Assembly (NCBI GenBank): GCA_016788165.1
Contig: JAEUTH010000028.1
Span: 13,978 to 77,977 of the forward strand
Length of the DNA: 64,000 nt
Origin: Bacteroidia bacterium
GTDB lineage: Bacteria > Bacteroidota > Bacteroidia > AKYH767-A > OLB10
Reading direction: 5' to 3'
In this document: positions 21,400-32,062 of the stretch, piece after piece
Layout: every line of letters begins with the position of its first letter
Numbering within the stretch: position 1 is the stretch's first letter
The notes under the pieces: generated by a model
The model's database searches: none
Told to the model about the DNA's origin: nothing
The model's input: the letters and a program-made list of their open reading frames with translations, nothing else
Program-made: the position numbers and the translations under genes

Positions 21400-22209
21400 T
21401 TAGGCTTTGCCATCAACATACAAACACAAAACCGGTATGTGGTGTTTGTTGGTAATTATTTCTTCGATGGGCTTATTTACCAAATGGCCATGCCTGCAAC
21501 AAACTAATAATGAGGCGTCAATACTTGAAGCATAATTTAAAAAATGTGTGTGCTTATCGGCAATTTCATTAATGTGATATACGGTGTAAGGTAATTGATG
21601 CTGTTGCATACTTTGGTTAATAATATCTACATGCGCATTAACTCCGGGGCCTACAGCATCTTCTGAAAATACAAAGTGTATATGTGTTTGAAACGATTTA
21701 GCAATGGCAATTATCCAGCCTTCGATTGGGTTTTGCTGGCTGTGGTCAATCCAAATAGCTATACTTTTTAGGGCACATGGTTTCGATTCTTTTTGTACCA
21801 CTAAAATAGGTAATGCCGAACCATTAATAACTTTGGCAATAAAACTACCTATAATATGTTGTACACCGCGTATGCCATGTGTGCCAATAAACATAATGTC
21901 GGAATGGGTTTCGGAAGCCGCTTCACCTAACAGCACAAATAAGTCGCCTTCTTTCGACATGTAGTTAGCTTGCAAACCATGTTTACTTTCAATGTCGTTT
22001 ACGGTGCCTTGAATTTGCTTTTTTATTTCACGGTTTAAAAAATTAGCCGACATCAGTTTGTTGCTGTTGGCATCAACATTGGCAACTTCGAATATGTGTA
22101 GCAAAAGCAGCGATGCATTAAATCGTTTGCCAAACTCAATAGCATAGTCAGTAGCTTTTGATGCGGCATCACTTAAATCGGTAGCAATTAAAAAACGTGG
22201 GTTTTCCAT
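21400..22209 (-). CDS. Universal stress protein
   Basis: LIATDLSDAA, LLLLHI, IGTHG...GS...PILVV. Confidence 0.85.
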   Translation of the reverse strand: MENPRFLIATDLSDAASKATDYAIEFGKRFNASLLLLHIFEVANVDANSNKLMSANFLNREIKKQIQGTVNDIESKHGLQANYMSKEGDLFVLLGEAASETHSDIMFIGTHGIRGVQHIIGSFIAKVINGSALPILVVQKESKPCALKSIAIWIDHSQQNPIEGWIIAIAKSFQTHIHFVFSEDAVGPGVNAHVDIINQSMQQHQLPYTVYHINEIADKHTHFLNYASSIDASLLVCCRHGHLVNKPIEEIITNKHHIPVLCLYVDGKA

Positions 22210-22263
22210 GTGGTTGGCTTTGGTAGCAATGATAAATAAAATCTTTTTGTATTACTAAGTGTA

Positions 22264-23166
22264 CTATAGTTGTTGTTGCCAAATAATTATTGACTTATCG
22301 TCACTTACCGAAATAATTTTGTTTAAACCGGTATGCCAGTATATTTTATTTACTGAGTTTTTATGCCCCTCGGTTTTATCCAAGCTTAGTTTATGCAACA
22401 CATGCCAGGTTTGTGTGTCCCAAATTTTAATTGATTTATCGCGGCTTGCAGTGGCCATTAAGCTTTTATCGGCATTAAAAACCATATCGTAAATAGCATA
22501 ATTATGCGCAGCAATTGATTTTTGTATTTGCATACTTTGTACATCTGTGATGTGCAGCATGGCATCGCGCCCACCAGTAATTATTTGGTTATCATTTATA
22601 AAAGCAATGGTGTTGCAACTCCAGTTGGTACGATGAATGGGTAAATCGGCTATTACTTGCAAGTGCTGCAAATCAAAACTTACCAGGTGTCCATTGCCAC
22701 AACCAATATATGCAACATCTTGTGCAGGATGTATGGCTATGTACCTGAGTTTATGCGGGGCTATTTTTACTTGCTTAATTAATTGACCTTCGATATTACA
22801 AACAGAAAGTAAACCATCGCCACCGGCTATTAGCATTAACTGCAATGGTTGATACGCAACAACATCATAAACTCCATTCTGATGATATCGCAATAACTTA
22901 ACCTCTTTGTTTTGCGCATAGTTTATTATATGTAAATCGCCTGTGGCGGTACCCATTAAAATGTAAGGCAGTGCGTCAATAACTTTAATACAATAAATAG
23001 TACCGGCTGCTTTGGCTATAACTTTGCCTGCCGCTGCAGTTTCAGTATGCCATTGCACTAATACCTGATCGGCACCACCTGTAAGTATGGTGTTATCCAA
23101 ATATCCTTTACCAATTGCATAAATAGCTCCACTGTGACCAAGCAATTGATGTTGTTTAACCCACAT
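22264..23166 (-). CDS. WD40-repeat beta-propeller protein
   Basis: GHSGAIY, TGGAD, TGGRD, ATASRDKSIKIWD, GHKNSVN, SVSDDKSIIIW. Confidence 0.9.
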   Translation of the reverse strand: MWVKQHQLLGHSGAIYAIGKGYLDNTILTGGADQVLVQWHTETAAAGKVIAKAAGTIYCIKVIDALPYILMGTATGDLHIINYAQNKEVKLLRYHQNGVYDVVAYQPLQLMLIAGGDGLLSVCNIEGQLIKQVKIAPHKLRYIAIHPAQDVAYIGCGNGHLVSFDLQHLQVIADLPIHRTNWSCNTIAFINDNQIITGGRDAMLHITDVQSMQIQKSIAAHNYAIYDMVFNADKSLMATASRDKSIKIWDTQTWHVLHKLSLDKTEGHKNSVNKIYWHTGLNKIISVSDDKSIIIWQQQL

Positions 23167-23318
23167 AAAGAAAATAGTTGAGTTTAATTTGAAGCAATAT
23201 TACAATCATTGTAATTACGGTACTAATACATTTATACGAATATGCAGTTAGTGCATTGATGTTAAAATTTATTACGTTTAAGCACGTCAAAAAAAATATG
23301 TTTTCGGCCGTAAGTTAA

Positions 23319-23966
23319 ATGATAAAGAAAACTTTGTTTAGTTTTTTAGTGCCCATTCTCTTGTTAGCCATCATGTGGTTTATTAAGTTATATGAAATTT
23401 CGATGGGTATTGACCTGGGTGTGCATGGCGTTTTACCACGCACATTAAGTGGTTTGCAGGGCATTTTGTTTTCGCCATTCTTACACGGCAGCATCAATCA
23501 TTTATTAAGTAATACGTTGCCGTTTTTGTTACTGATGGCAGCGCTCATTTATTTTTACGAAGACATTTGGCTTCAATCGTTTATTGCTATGTTTTTGCTT
23601 TCGGGCATTGGTTTATGGTGCGGTGGCCGCGATAGTTATCATATTGGTGCCAGCGGCATTATATATGCCCTTACCGGTTTTTTATTTACCGAAGGTATTT
23701 TAAGGCGCGAAGTAAAATACATGGCCATAAGTTTGTTGGTAGTATTTATGTATGGCGGCACAATATGGGCCATGATGCCCATGTTTAAAACCATATCGTG
23801 GGAAGCGCATTTATTTGGTTTTATGGCAGGTGTATTAATGGCCATTGTGTATAAAAATCAAGGCCCCAAAAAAACATTATACCAGTGGGAAAAAGATGAA
23901 GTGGACGAAATGCTGGGCGATAAAACTGAAATCAATTACACATTTATTCCCAATTCCGAAAAATAA
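23319..23966 (+). CDS. Rhomboid intramembrane serine protease
   Basis: PFLHGSINHLLSN, HIGASG (catalytic Ser), SWEAHLFG (catalytic His). Confidence 0.92.
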   Translation: MIKKTLFSFLVPILLLAIMWFIKLYEISMGIDLGVHGVLPRTLSGLQGILFSPFLHGSINHLLSNTLPFLLLMAALIYFYEDIWLQSFIAMFLLSGIGLWCGGRDSYHIGASGIIYALTGFLFTEGILRREVKYMAISLLVVFMYGGTIWAMMPMFKTISWEAHLFGFMAGVLMAIVYKNQGPKKTLYQWEKDEVDEMLGDKTEINYTFIPNSEK

Positions 23967-23999
23967 ACAAACAACGTATATAGCATTGGTTACACAAGT

Positions 24000-24410
24000 A
24001 TGGATAACTTAAAAAAAATTGAACACATTGGCATAGCCGTTAAGAACCTTGAAAACAGTAATGCCCTGTTTGGCAAAATTTTTAACGCAGCTCCGTATAA
24101 AACCGAAACCGTTGAAAGCGAATTAGTAAACACATCGTTTTTTAAGATAGGTTCTAATAAAATCGAATTGTTAGCAGCAACAAATCCGCAAAGCGCCATT
24201 GCTTCATTTATTGAAAAGAGAGGCGAGGGTATTCATCACATTGCTTTTGATGTAGCAGATATACATGCTGAAATGCAACGCTTAAAAGCCGAAGGTTTTA
24301 TATTGCTTAACGAAACCCCCAAACGTGGGGCCGATAATAAATGGGTTTGCTTTTTACACCCCAAATCTACCAATGGTGTACTTATTGAATTGTGCCAGCA
24401 AATAGACTAA
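24000..24410 (+). CDS. mce: Methylmalonyl-CoA epimerase
   Basis: IEHIGIAV, KIELL, GEGIHHIAF, FLHPKSTNGVLIELCQ. Confidence 0.93.
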   Translation: MDNLKKIEHIGIAVKNLENSNALFGKIFNAAPYKTETVESELVNTSFFKIGSNKIELLAATNPQSAIASFIEKRGEGIHHIAFDVADIHAEMQRLKAEGFILLNETPKRGADNKWVCFLHPKSTNGVLIELCQQID

Positions 24411-24416
24411 ACAGGT

Positions 24417-25739
24417 ATGGCAAAAGATACCAATGTTGTAAGCTATAAACCTAAAGTGGTTCGGTCGTGGATTATGTACGATTGGGCAAACTCCGTATAT
24501 AACCTGGTTATAACCACAGCCATTTTTCCGATTTACTATACAAGTGTAACCAAAGCCTCGGCCAATGGTTTGGTAAATTTCTATGGTTTCGAAATTAAAA
24601 ATACAGTGCTGTATGCTTATGCACTGTCAGCGTCCTTTTTAGTAATTGCATTTATATCGCCATTACTTAGTGGTATAGCAGATAACCGTGGCAGTAAAAA
24701 GTTTTTTATGAAAGTGTTTTGCTTCATAGGTGCTTTGTCATGCATGGCTTTATTTTTTTTTAATTCGGTTCAAACGGTAAGCATAGGTATAACAGCTTTT
24801 ATGTTGGCAACTATGGGATATGCAGGCAGCATCGTTTTTTACAATGCTTTTCTGCCCGAAATTGCCCCACAAAACATGCACGATAAAATAAGTGCACAGG
24901 GTTATGCAATGGGTTACATTGGTTCATCGCTTTTGCTTATTATAAACTTAGTTATGATACAAAAACCGCAGTGGTTTGGTATTACCGATGCGGGTTTGGC
25001 ATCGCGCATTGCATTTGTAACGGTTGGTGTATGGTGGATTGGTTTTGCATTAATTACTTTTAAAGGTTTGCACGAAACGCCCAAAAACCGTAACACAAAT
25101 AATTACATACAACAAGGCTATGTGGCATTGTACCATGTTTGGCAGCAACTAAAAACCGAGCCCATATTACGCAGGTTTTTATCGGCATTTTTCTTTTATA
25201 ATATGGGTGTGCAAACGGTAATGTATGTAGCATCGCTTTTTGGTGCCAACGAAATTAAAATGACTGAATCGTTGTTAATAGCAACCTTGTTAGTTATACA
25301 ATTTGTTGCGGTAATAGGCGCATTGCTGTTTGCATGGTTTAGTAAACTTTTAGGCAATATAAATGCATTGTGCCTGGCAACGTTTGTATGGATTGCTATT
25401 TGCGTGTCGGCTTATTTTATTTATAATGCCACACCGTTTATTATTTTGGCAGGTGTAGTTGGTTTGGTAATGGGTGGCATACAAGCATTATCGCGTGCCA
25501 CTTATGCAAAACTTATAAAATCAAAGCCCGAACATGCATCGTATTTTAGTTTTTATGATATATGCGATAAAGCCGGAATGGTTTTGGGCACGCTAAGTTT
25601 TGGTTTGATAGAAGCCATAAGCGGCAGCATGCGCAATTCCATTTTTGCATTGGCTGCTTTTTTTATAATCGGAATTATACTTTTGCGCCCTTTACAAAAG
25701 CTTAAAACGAAATCAATTTTTAAAACCAATGGTGTATAG
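24417..25739 (+). CDS. MFS transporter (UMF1/Atg22-like)
   Basis: SWIMYDWANS, FYNAFLPEIA, GYAMGYIG, GGIQALSR; about 12 TM segments. Confidence 0.9.
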   Translation: MAKDTNVVSYKPKVVRSWIMYDWANSVYNLVITTAIFPIYYTSVTKASANGLVNFYGFEIKNTVLYAYALSASFLVIAFISPLLSGIADNRGSKKFFMKVFCFIGALSCMALFFFNSVQTVSIGITAFMLATMGYAGSIVFYNAFLPEIAPQNMHDKISAQGYAMGYIGSSLLLIINLVMIQKPQWFGITDAGLASRIAFVTVGVWWIGFALITFKGLHETPKNRNTNNYIQQGYVALYHVWQQLKTEPILRRFLSAFFFYNMGVQTVMYVASLFGANEIKMTESLLIATLLVIQFVAVIGALLFAWFSKLLGNINALCLATFVWIAICVSAYFIYNATPFIILAGVVGLVMGGIQALSRATYAKLIKSKPEHASYFSFYDICDKAGMVLGTLSFGLIEAISGSMRNSIFALAAFFIIGIILLRPLQKLKTKSIFKTNGV

Positions 25740-25765
25740 CCTATGGCTGTTATCCTGTTTCAGTT

Positions 25766-26485
25766 ATGATAGTTGAAATTTTTATCCCTTGTTTTTTAGA
25801 CCAGTTTTATCCGCAAACGGCAATGAACATGGTAAAAATTTTAGAAAAAGTAGGTTGTGGTGTAAACTATAATCCCAATCAAACATGCTGTGGCAAACCG
25901 GCACTGCTTGCCGGCTATACCGATTACTGTAAAGAAGTTGGCGCAAAGTTTATTCGCGAATTTGAAAACGACAGGCCTATTGTTACCCCTGATGCATCGT
26001 GCGTCTCCATGATTAAAAATCAATATCCCGAAATGTTTCATAATTCAGTGGTGCACAATGAATACAAAAGCATACAAAAAAACATTTTTGAACTAAGCGA
26101 TTTTTTGGTAAACGTAATGCATGTTACCGATGTTAATGCTCAATTAAACGGTATCGCAACCTATCAGGATCCATGTACTGCATTACGCGGTTTAGGTATT
26201 AAAAAAGAACCGCGTGTATTGTTATCAAAAGTAAAGGGCCTGACATTAGTGGAGATGGAAGAAAGTGAAGTGTGTTGTGGTTTTGGCGGTGCATTGCCGG
26301 TTAACATGCCGCTTATAGCCAATCATATTGCAACACAAAAAACAACTTGCATAGCCAACACCCAAGCCGATTATTTAATATCAACCGATATGGGCTGCCT
26401 GCAACACCTGCAAACAGCAATTAAAAATGCCGGCCTAAAAACAGAAGTAATGCATTTGGCCGATGTATTGGCAAAAGGGTGGTAA
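25766..26485 (+). CDS. CCG-domain Fe-S protein (LutA/YkgE-like)
   Basis: FIPCFLDQ, QTCCG, SC, DPC, VCCGFGG, DMGCLQH. Confidence 0.85.
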   Translation: MIVEIFIPCFLDQFYPQTAMNMVKILEKVGCGVNYNPNQTCCGKPALLAGYTDYCKEVGAKFIREFENDRPIVTPDASCVSMIKNQYPEMFHNSVVHNEYKSIQKNIFELSDFLVNVMHVTDVNAQLNGIATYQDPCTALRGLGIKKEPRVLLSKVKGLTLVEMEESEVCCGFGGALPVNMPLIANHIATQKTTCIANTQADYLISTDMGCLQHLQTAIKNAGLKTEVMHLADVLAKGW

Positions 26486-26702
26486 GTTTTTTTAACCCTT
26501 GTTGCAAAGTTTTATGGTTAATGCATAGCGCATGTAGCCACTGTTTATAAATTAATTTTTAGTACCGTATTTGGGTAAAGTTGGACAAGTCGAGCGTCTA
26601 TAAAGCTATAACAGTAATTATTATCTGCCGCACAAATTTTGTTTAGCTCAAACATTGTTGCAGCTTATAAGCTTAAAATTTGTATGGTCTATAGTCAATT
26701 AA

Positions 26703-27575
26703 CTATTTTAAAAGCTTATAGTTTTTGTATTCGCCCGGGCGCCAGTTAAAGTGTTTTTCGAAAAAACCGGACACCTTGTTTTTAAGCGTTTGTTTTTTTT
26801 GTGTAGGGTCAAAATCAAATTCCCAATTTATTCTTTCAATTCGTTGCTGCATAACCTTAGGGTGTGTGCCGGTAAATTTTGCCAATGAATCAATTTGTGT
26901 GTAATCAAACTGCGCTATGTCGGCAAATTTTTTTTCAACGTGGGCATCATCGTGCCATAACTTATTAAAGTCGCGTTGTTTTTTTTGCTGATAGTCGGGT
27001 GGGCGCACCCAACCGTAATGATATATATATGCCTCAACCGGCTTTACATTTAAAGGGCGGTTTTTAATCTGAAAACCTTGTGCATCTTTATAGGAAGTGA
27101 GTGCTTCATTAGGTCTAACAATACGCACTTCGTTTCTATACCAACGCCTGCTGTCGCCTACATAATCATACGAGCCGTAAAAATGCATATACTTAAATAA
27201 CAAGCCTTCTACCTTTTGGTTATGCGCATGCTGTTGCATGGCAGCTTTTATATTATCTAAATATTTTTCATGTACGGCCTCGTCACCCTGTATATAAAAA
27301 GCCCAAGTTGCTTTTTTATTAATGGCAGCTAAAGCTTTATTGGTTTCAACGGCTAAAACATGGCCGCCTTGCCGTAAGTTGTCGTCCCAAACGGTTTCTA
27401 TTATTTTAATTTTTGGCGAGTTTATAGACTCAATTAAAGCAAGCGTATTATCATCACTATTACCAACAGCTATAATTAACTCATCACAAATTGGTAGGAT
27501 AGATGTTATCGCTTCTATTATTGGGTAATCATACGTTATGGCATTGCGTATAAAAGTGAAACCGGATACAAACAT
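26703..27575 (-). CDS. Glycosyltransferase family 2
   Basis: SGFTFIRNA, YIQGDE, HYGWVR. Confidence 0.85.
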   Translation of the reverse strand: MFVSGFTFIRNAITYDYPIIEAITSILPICDELIIAVGNSDDNTLALIESINSPKIKIIETVWDDNLRQGGHVLAVETNKALAAINKKATWAFYIQGDEAVHEKYLDNIKAAMQQHAHNQKVEGLLFKYMHFYGSYDYVGDSRRWYRNEVRIVRPNEALTSYKDAQGFQIKNRPLNVKPVEAYIYHYGWVRPPDYQQKKQRDFNKLWHDDAHVEKKFADIAQFDYTQIDSLAKFTGTHPKVMQQRIERINWEFDFDPTQKKQTLKNKVSGFFEKHFNWRPGEYKNYKLLK

Positions 27576-27597
27576 GATTTATTAGATAATACTATAC

Positions 27598-28950
27598 TTA
27601 AAAATTTTTATTAATGCCCGTATAGTTATGTGGGTTTATAGCTTTTAGCTCAACTTTTATATCTGCGTTAATATCTAAACTATCAATAAATGAGGCAATT
27701 GTTTTTGAAGTAATTGCTTGCCCGGTACGCGTAAGTTCTTTTAAAGCTTCGTATGGGTTAGGGTAGTTTTCTCTGCGCAAAATAGTTTGAATAGCCTCGG
27801 CAACAACGGCCCAGTTTTCATCTAAATCAGCTTTCAAAACAGCATCATTCAGTTTTAATTTTTGCAGGCCCCGCATTAATGATGATAGTGCAATGGTGGT
27901 ATGCGCCAAAGGCACGCCTATGTTGCGTAGCACGGTCGAGTCGGTTAAGTCGCGTTGTAAACGTGATATAGGAAGCTTGGAAGCAAAAAACTCAAACAAG
28001 GCATTTGCTATTCCTAAATTACCCTCAGCATTTTCAAAATCAATGGGGTTAACTTTATGCGGCATTGCCGATGAGCCTACTTCGCCTGCTTTAATTTGTT
28101 GTCCAAAATAATTCATCGAAATATAAGTCCAAAAATCGCGACAGGCATCCATTAAAATTGTGTTGATGCGTTTCAATACATCCATTAATGCCGCTAAATT
28201 ATCATAGTGCTCAATTTGAGTAGTAGTTTGCGATCGTTGCAACCCCAACGTTGCAACAAAGTTGTTTCCAAAATCAATCCAATCAATTTTCGGATAAGCA
28301 ATAACATGAGCATTAAAATTACCGGTAGCACCACCAAACTTAGCCGAGTTTGGTATTTGTAACAGTTGATTTCTTTGCACCGTTAACCGTTCAACAAAAA
28401 CATAAAGCTCCTTGCCCAATGTAGTTGGCGATGCCGGCTGGCCATGGGTACGTGCAAGCATAGCAATTGGTTGCCATTGCTTTGCTAAGCCATGCAGTTT
28501 TTCTATCAATGTGTTTAGCTGTGGTAAATAACCATCGGCAATAAATTCTTTTATTGATAAGGGTATGGCTGTATTGTTTATATCCTGCGAGGTAAGTCCG
28601 AAATGAATAAACTCCTTAAATGCATCTAAACCCAAAGCTTCGAACCTTTGTTTCATAAAGTATTCAATAGCCTTAACGTCATGATTGGTAACCAACTCTA
28701 TTTGTTTAATAGCCAATGCATCCGTATCATTAAAAAGCAAATACATGTTGCGCAAACTATCGAAACTGATTACCGGTACTTTTTCTAATTGTGGTAAAGG
28801 CAGTTTACACAATGCAATAAAATACTCAACTTCAATGCGCAAGCGGTATTTCATTAATGCAAACTCGCTAAAGTAGTTGGTTAATGAGTCGCATTTGGTT
28901 TGGTAACGTCCATCAATCGGTGAAACCGCATGCAATACTGTGGTGTTCAT
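27598..28950 (-). CDS. purB: Adenylosuccinate lyase
   Basis: SPIDGRY, TNHDVKA, HFGLTSQDIN, RTHGQPA, GSSAMPHKVNPIDFEN. Confidence 0.97.
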   Translation of the reverse strand: MNTTVLHAVSPIDGRYQTKCDSLTNYFSEFALMKYRLRIEVEYFIALCKLPLPQLEKVPVISFDSLRNMYLLFNDTDALAIKQIELVTNHDVKAIEYFMKQRFEALGLDAFKEFIHFGLTSQDINNTAIPLSIKEFIADGYLPQLNTLIEKLHGLAKQWQPIAMLARTHGQPASPTTLGKELYVFVERLTVQRNQLLQIPNSAKFGGATGNFNAHVIAYPKIDWIDFGNNFVATLGLQRSQTTTQIEHYDNLAALMDVLKRINTILMDACRDFWTYISMNYFGQQIKAGEVGSSAMPHKVNPIDFENAEGNLGIANALFEFFASKLPISRLQRDLTDSTVLRNIGVPLAHTTIALSSLMRGLQKLKLNDAVLKADLDENWAVVAEAIQTILRRENYPNPYEALKELTRTGQAITSKTIASFIDSLDINADIKVELKAINPHNYTGINKNF

Positions 28951-28975
28951 TGTTTTTTGATTTTAAAAAAGAGCG

Positions 28976-28983
28976 CAAATGTA
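28976..28983 (-). promoter_or_regulatory. -7 promoter element of purB
   Basis: TACATTTG on the minus strand, 25 nt upstream of the ATG. Confidence 0.6.
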
Positions 28984-29125
28984 GCCAAATGACCTTAGCA
29001 CACTAATGCATGTTTTTAACTGACCGGCATCGGTTTTTAAATTAAAAACAGCTATTTCATACATACTTAATTTTGATTGCAGGCTAAGCTTTATTATTGG
29101 CCTATTAATTTTATTAAGTAACAAA

Positions 29126-29878
29126 ATGAAATATATTTTAAGTGTGTTAACGCTTATAGGATTAACGCATGCAAGCCTGGCACAAAAGCCATCAACGGTA
29201 GGCCCCACTACAAAAGCTAAGTCGCAGGTATATCCATTAGATACCATACGCACTCAGGTAAAAGAAATACCCGGAGGCGAAATGTGGACTATGCGCGGCT
29301 TCAGAGGCGAAATTTCGGGCAAGGGTTTAATGGTTAATGGTAAGAAGGAAGGTGTTTGGCGCAGGTATCACAGCAATAAGTGCTTAGCCAAATTGGAAAA
29401 CTATAAAAACGGTGAACTAAACGGAACGTGTATTAGTATAGGCCAAAACGGCAATATCGAAACCGAGGAAAATTATAATAATGGTAAATACGATGGCTTA
29501 GTAACTTTTTATTCGTTTAGTGGCAACATTAAAAAAGAAGAAAATTACAGCGATGGAAAATTGCATGGTAAACGTTGTCTATATTATGATAATGAAAAAC
29601 TACAGGAAGAAACGGAGTACATTTTGGGCATAAAGTCGGGGTTAGCAAGATGGTATAATCAGGAGGGGGTTTGTGTAATTGAATACACTTACAAAAATGG
29701 ATCGCTGCAAGGCCCGGCAAAAGAGTTTTTTGCCGGAGGACAATTATTTAAAAGTGGCAATTATAACAACGATGTTGAAATTGGCGATTGGCTCGAATAC
29801 AAGGAAAATGGGGAGCTGGTAAAAACGATTACTTTTAAAAATGGAGAAGTTCTTAAAGAAACACCCGCTAAAAAATAA
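29126..29878 (+). CDS. Exported MORN-variant repeat (YwqK-like) protein
   Basis: Signal peptide; repeated Y-x-x-G...E.NY.NG...G units. Confidence 0.85.
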   Translation: MKYILSVLTLIGLTHASLAQKPSTVGPTTKAKSQVYPLDTIRTQVKEIPGGEMWTMRGFRGEISGKGLMVNGKKEGVWRRYHSNKCLAKLENYKNGELNGTCISIGQNGNIETEENYNNGKYDGLVTFYSFSGNIKKEENYSDGKLHGKRCLYYDNEKLQEETEYILGIKSGLARWYNQEGVCVIEYTYKNGSLQGPAKEFFAGGQLFKSGNYNNDVEIGDWLEYKENGELVKTITFKNGEVLKETPAKK

Positions 29879-29963
29879 ACGTGCAATTCGGTATGTAAAT
29901 TGGGATCAACCAACATATTTTAAAACAAAAGTGTTTTAGATGTTGTATAAACCGAATAAATTT

Positions 29964-29971
29964 TACTTTTG
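29964..29971 (+). promoter_or_regulatory. -7 promoter element of tRNA-Gln
   Basis: TACTTTTG, 18 nt upstream of the tRNA. Confidence 0.65.
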
Positions 29972-29989
29972 CGCCTCCGAAAAAAGTAT

Positions 29990-30060
29990 TGTCCGATGGT
30001 GTAATGGTAACACTCCAGATTTTGATTCTGTCATTCAAGGTTCGAGTCCTTGTCGGACAA
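29990..30060 (+). tRNA. tRNA-Gln(TTG)
   Basis: Acceptor TGTCCGA/TCGGACA, D arm GTGT/ACAC, anticodon loop TT-TTG-AT, T arm CAAGG-TTCGAGT-CCTTG; CCA not encoded. Confidence 0.96.
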
Positions 30061-30064
30061 CTCT

Positions 30065-30103
30065 AAAAAAAATCCCTTCGAGCAATGCACGGAGGGATTT
30101 TTT
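30065..30103 (+). terminator. Intrinsic terminator after tRNA-Gln
   Basis: AAAAAATCCCT...AGGGATTTTTT inverted repeat with U-tract. Confidence 0.8.
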
Positions 30104-30301
30104 GTTTTTTCGGCAACAGGCATTTGAAAGGTGGAGGGTAATAAAGGTTTTCAACATTTTAAACCTAACAACTTATATTTCAGGAGAGAGTAAATCGTCC
30201 TAAAGGCTCAATAAAAACTACCTTTACAGCATGTTGCAAACAACATGTACAATTCAGTGAAATAAAAAACGTTTAATTATAAACTATACAAAATTTAAAA
30301 G

Positions 30302-31939
30302 ATGATAAAAAACATTAAAGCCCTTGTGTTTGGAAGTTTCTGCCTGTTTCAGGTGGCAGTAGCTCAAACCACGGCTCCTTTAGTGCCACCAATTACATTC
30401 GATCCTATAGTTGCTACATTGGATAGCCTTACCACCATTCATAATGTAGTTAAGTATCAAGCACAAAATACATTTAATACCCAACCGGGTGTTAACGTAC
30501 CGCAGTTTAGCGATGCGGTTTATGCCGACAGGATTTCAAAGATTAACACCACCATACCGCTAACTTTTAATAGCCAGGTTAAGGGATACATTGATTTATA
30601 TGGTGTCAGGAAACGTGATTTAACACAACGTGTAATGGGCTTATCAAGCCTATACTTTCCGATGTATGAGGAAGTGCTCGAGCGCGAAGGCTTGCCACTC
30701 GAATTTAAATACCTGTCAATTGTCGAGTCGGCTCTAAATCCATTAGCGGTGTCACATTGTGGGGCAACGGGCTTATGGCAGTTTATGTACAACACCGGTA
30801 TTATGTATAATTTATCCGTTACTTCACAAACGGATGATAGAAAAGACCCATACAAATCAACCGTTGCAGCATGCGAGTATTTTAAAGCCATGTATAAAAT
30901 TTACAACGACTGGTTGTTAGTTATAGCCAGCTACAATTGTGGCCCGGGTAATGTAAACAAGGCAATAATACGTTCAGGTGGCAAATCAGATTTTTGGTCG
31001 ATAAGCCCCTACTTACCTGCCGAAACCAGGGGGTATGTGCCAGCATTTATAGCAGTAACTTACCTACTAAATCACACAGCCGAACATGAGTTAGCTGCAA
31101 TAAGCCCATCCATCACCTACTTCGAAACCGATACCGTTAATGTTTTTAACCGTATTAGCTTCAACGCTTTGTCAAATACATTACAAATACCGGTTGATGT
31201 AATCGCTTTTCTGAATCCAACTTATAAAAAAGGGTATGTACCTGCATCAATAAATGGTAAGGCCAACACCTTACGTTTGCCCAGCAATAAAGTAGCAGGG
31301 TTTATTCAAAATCAATCGGTAATGTTTGAAGCCGAAAGTAAATTGCTGGCGCAACGCCCTGAGTTTAAACACCTCAATAAGAAACTAAAGTACAATACTG
31401 ATGAAAATGATTGGGTAACCCGTGAAGTAAAAAAATCACATATCGTTAAACGTGGCGAAACCCTAAACTCCATAGCAAACAGGTACAATGCAAGCACAGC
31501 TGAAATTAAAAAGCTAAATAAATTACGTTCGAATAGCGTGCGCCAGGGGCAACGTTTATATGTTATGGCCGAACAACAAGTTGCAGTTAAAAAGCCCAAA
31601 GCCGACACGTCAAATACCACATTAGCTAATAATGACACTTCAGTAAAAGATAGCGCCAAACATTTGATAGACTTTATCAAAGGAAATGTAAAGGCAAATA
31701 ATGCAACAGTAGCAACTACAGTAATGCACCCCAATGCAACCGATTTGCCCGAAGGCTATTTAAACAGAACTATTAGAAAAGATGATGTGGTTTACCATTT
31801 GGTACAAAAAGGCGATACGCTTTATGGCATTGCACGTGAGCAAGGGATTTCAGTTCAGGAGTTAATGCGTTATAATGGCTTTTCGCCCAATAAAAAACTT
31901 AAAGCCGGAGAAAAAATCAAAGTAAAAATTAACGGCTAA
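30302..31939 (+). CDS. mltD: Lytic murein transglycosylase D-like protein with LysM domains
   Basis: IVESALNP, GATGLWQFM, ASYNCGPG, LPAETRGYVP; LysM repeats HIVKRGETL and HLVQKGDTL. Confidence 0.92.
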   Translation: MIKNIKALVFGSFCLFQVAVAQTTAPLVPPITFDPIVATLDSLTTIHNVVKYQAQNTFNTQPGVNVPQFSDAVYADRISKINTTIPLTFNSQVKGYIDLYGVRKRDLTQRVMGLSSLYFPMYEEVLEREGLPLEFKYLSIVESALNPLAVSHCGATGLWQFMYNTGIMYNLSVTSQTDDRKDPYKSTVAACEYFKAMYKIYNDWLLVIASYNCGPGNVNKAIIRSGGKSDFWSISPYLPAETRGYVPAFIAVTYLLNHTAEHELAAISPSITYFETDTVNVFNRISFNALSNTLQIPVDVIAFLNPTYKKGYVPASINGKANTLRLPSNKVAGFIQNQSVMFEAESKLLAQRPEFKHLNKKLKYNTDENDWVTREVKKSHIVKRGETLNSIANRYNASTAEIKKLNKLRSNSVRQGQRLYVMAEQQVAVKKPKADTSNTTLANNDTSVKDSAKHLIDFIKGNVKANNATVATTVMHPNATDLPEGYLNRTIRKDDVVYHLVQKGDTLYGIAREQGISVQELMRYNGFSPNKKLKAGEKIKVKING

Positions 31940-31964
31940 TACTTCGATGTTTAATAAATAGCAG

Positions 31965-31989
31965 AGGCTGTCTTCGGATAGCCTTTTTT
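31965..31989 (+). terminator. Intrinsic terminator after mltD
   Basis: AGGCTGTC-TTCG-GATAGCCT followed by a T run (UUCG tetraloop). Confidence 0.85.
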
Positions 31990-32062
31990 GCTTTTTGTAC
32001 AAAGCAGTAAACATTTACATAGCTTTTGTTTTCTTTGTCGGCCTTAAATAAATACACAATTC

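Noticed and set aside
29126-29878. Possible toxin-antitoxin or immunity locus (YwqK label)
   Set aside because: No adjacent toxin gene; exported MORN-variant proteins are common stand-alone genes in Bacteroidota.
29940-30203. 87-aa ORF in the track
   Set aside because: It overlaps tRNA-Gln and its terminator, so it is a shadow ORF.
29990-30300. tRNA as an integration site for an island
   Set aside because: No integrase, no duplicated tRNA 3' end seen, and housekeeping genes lie on both sides.
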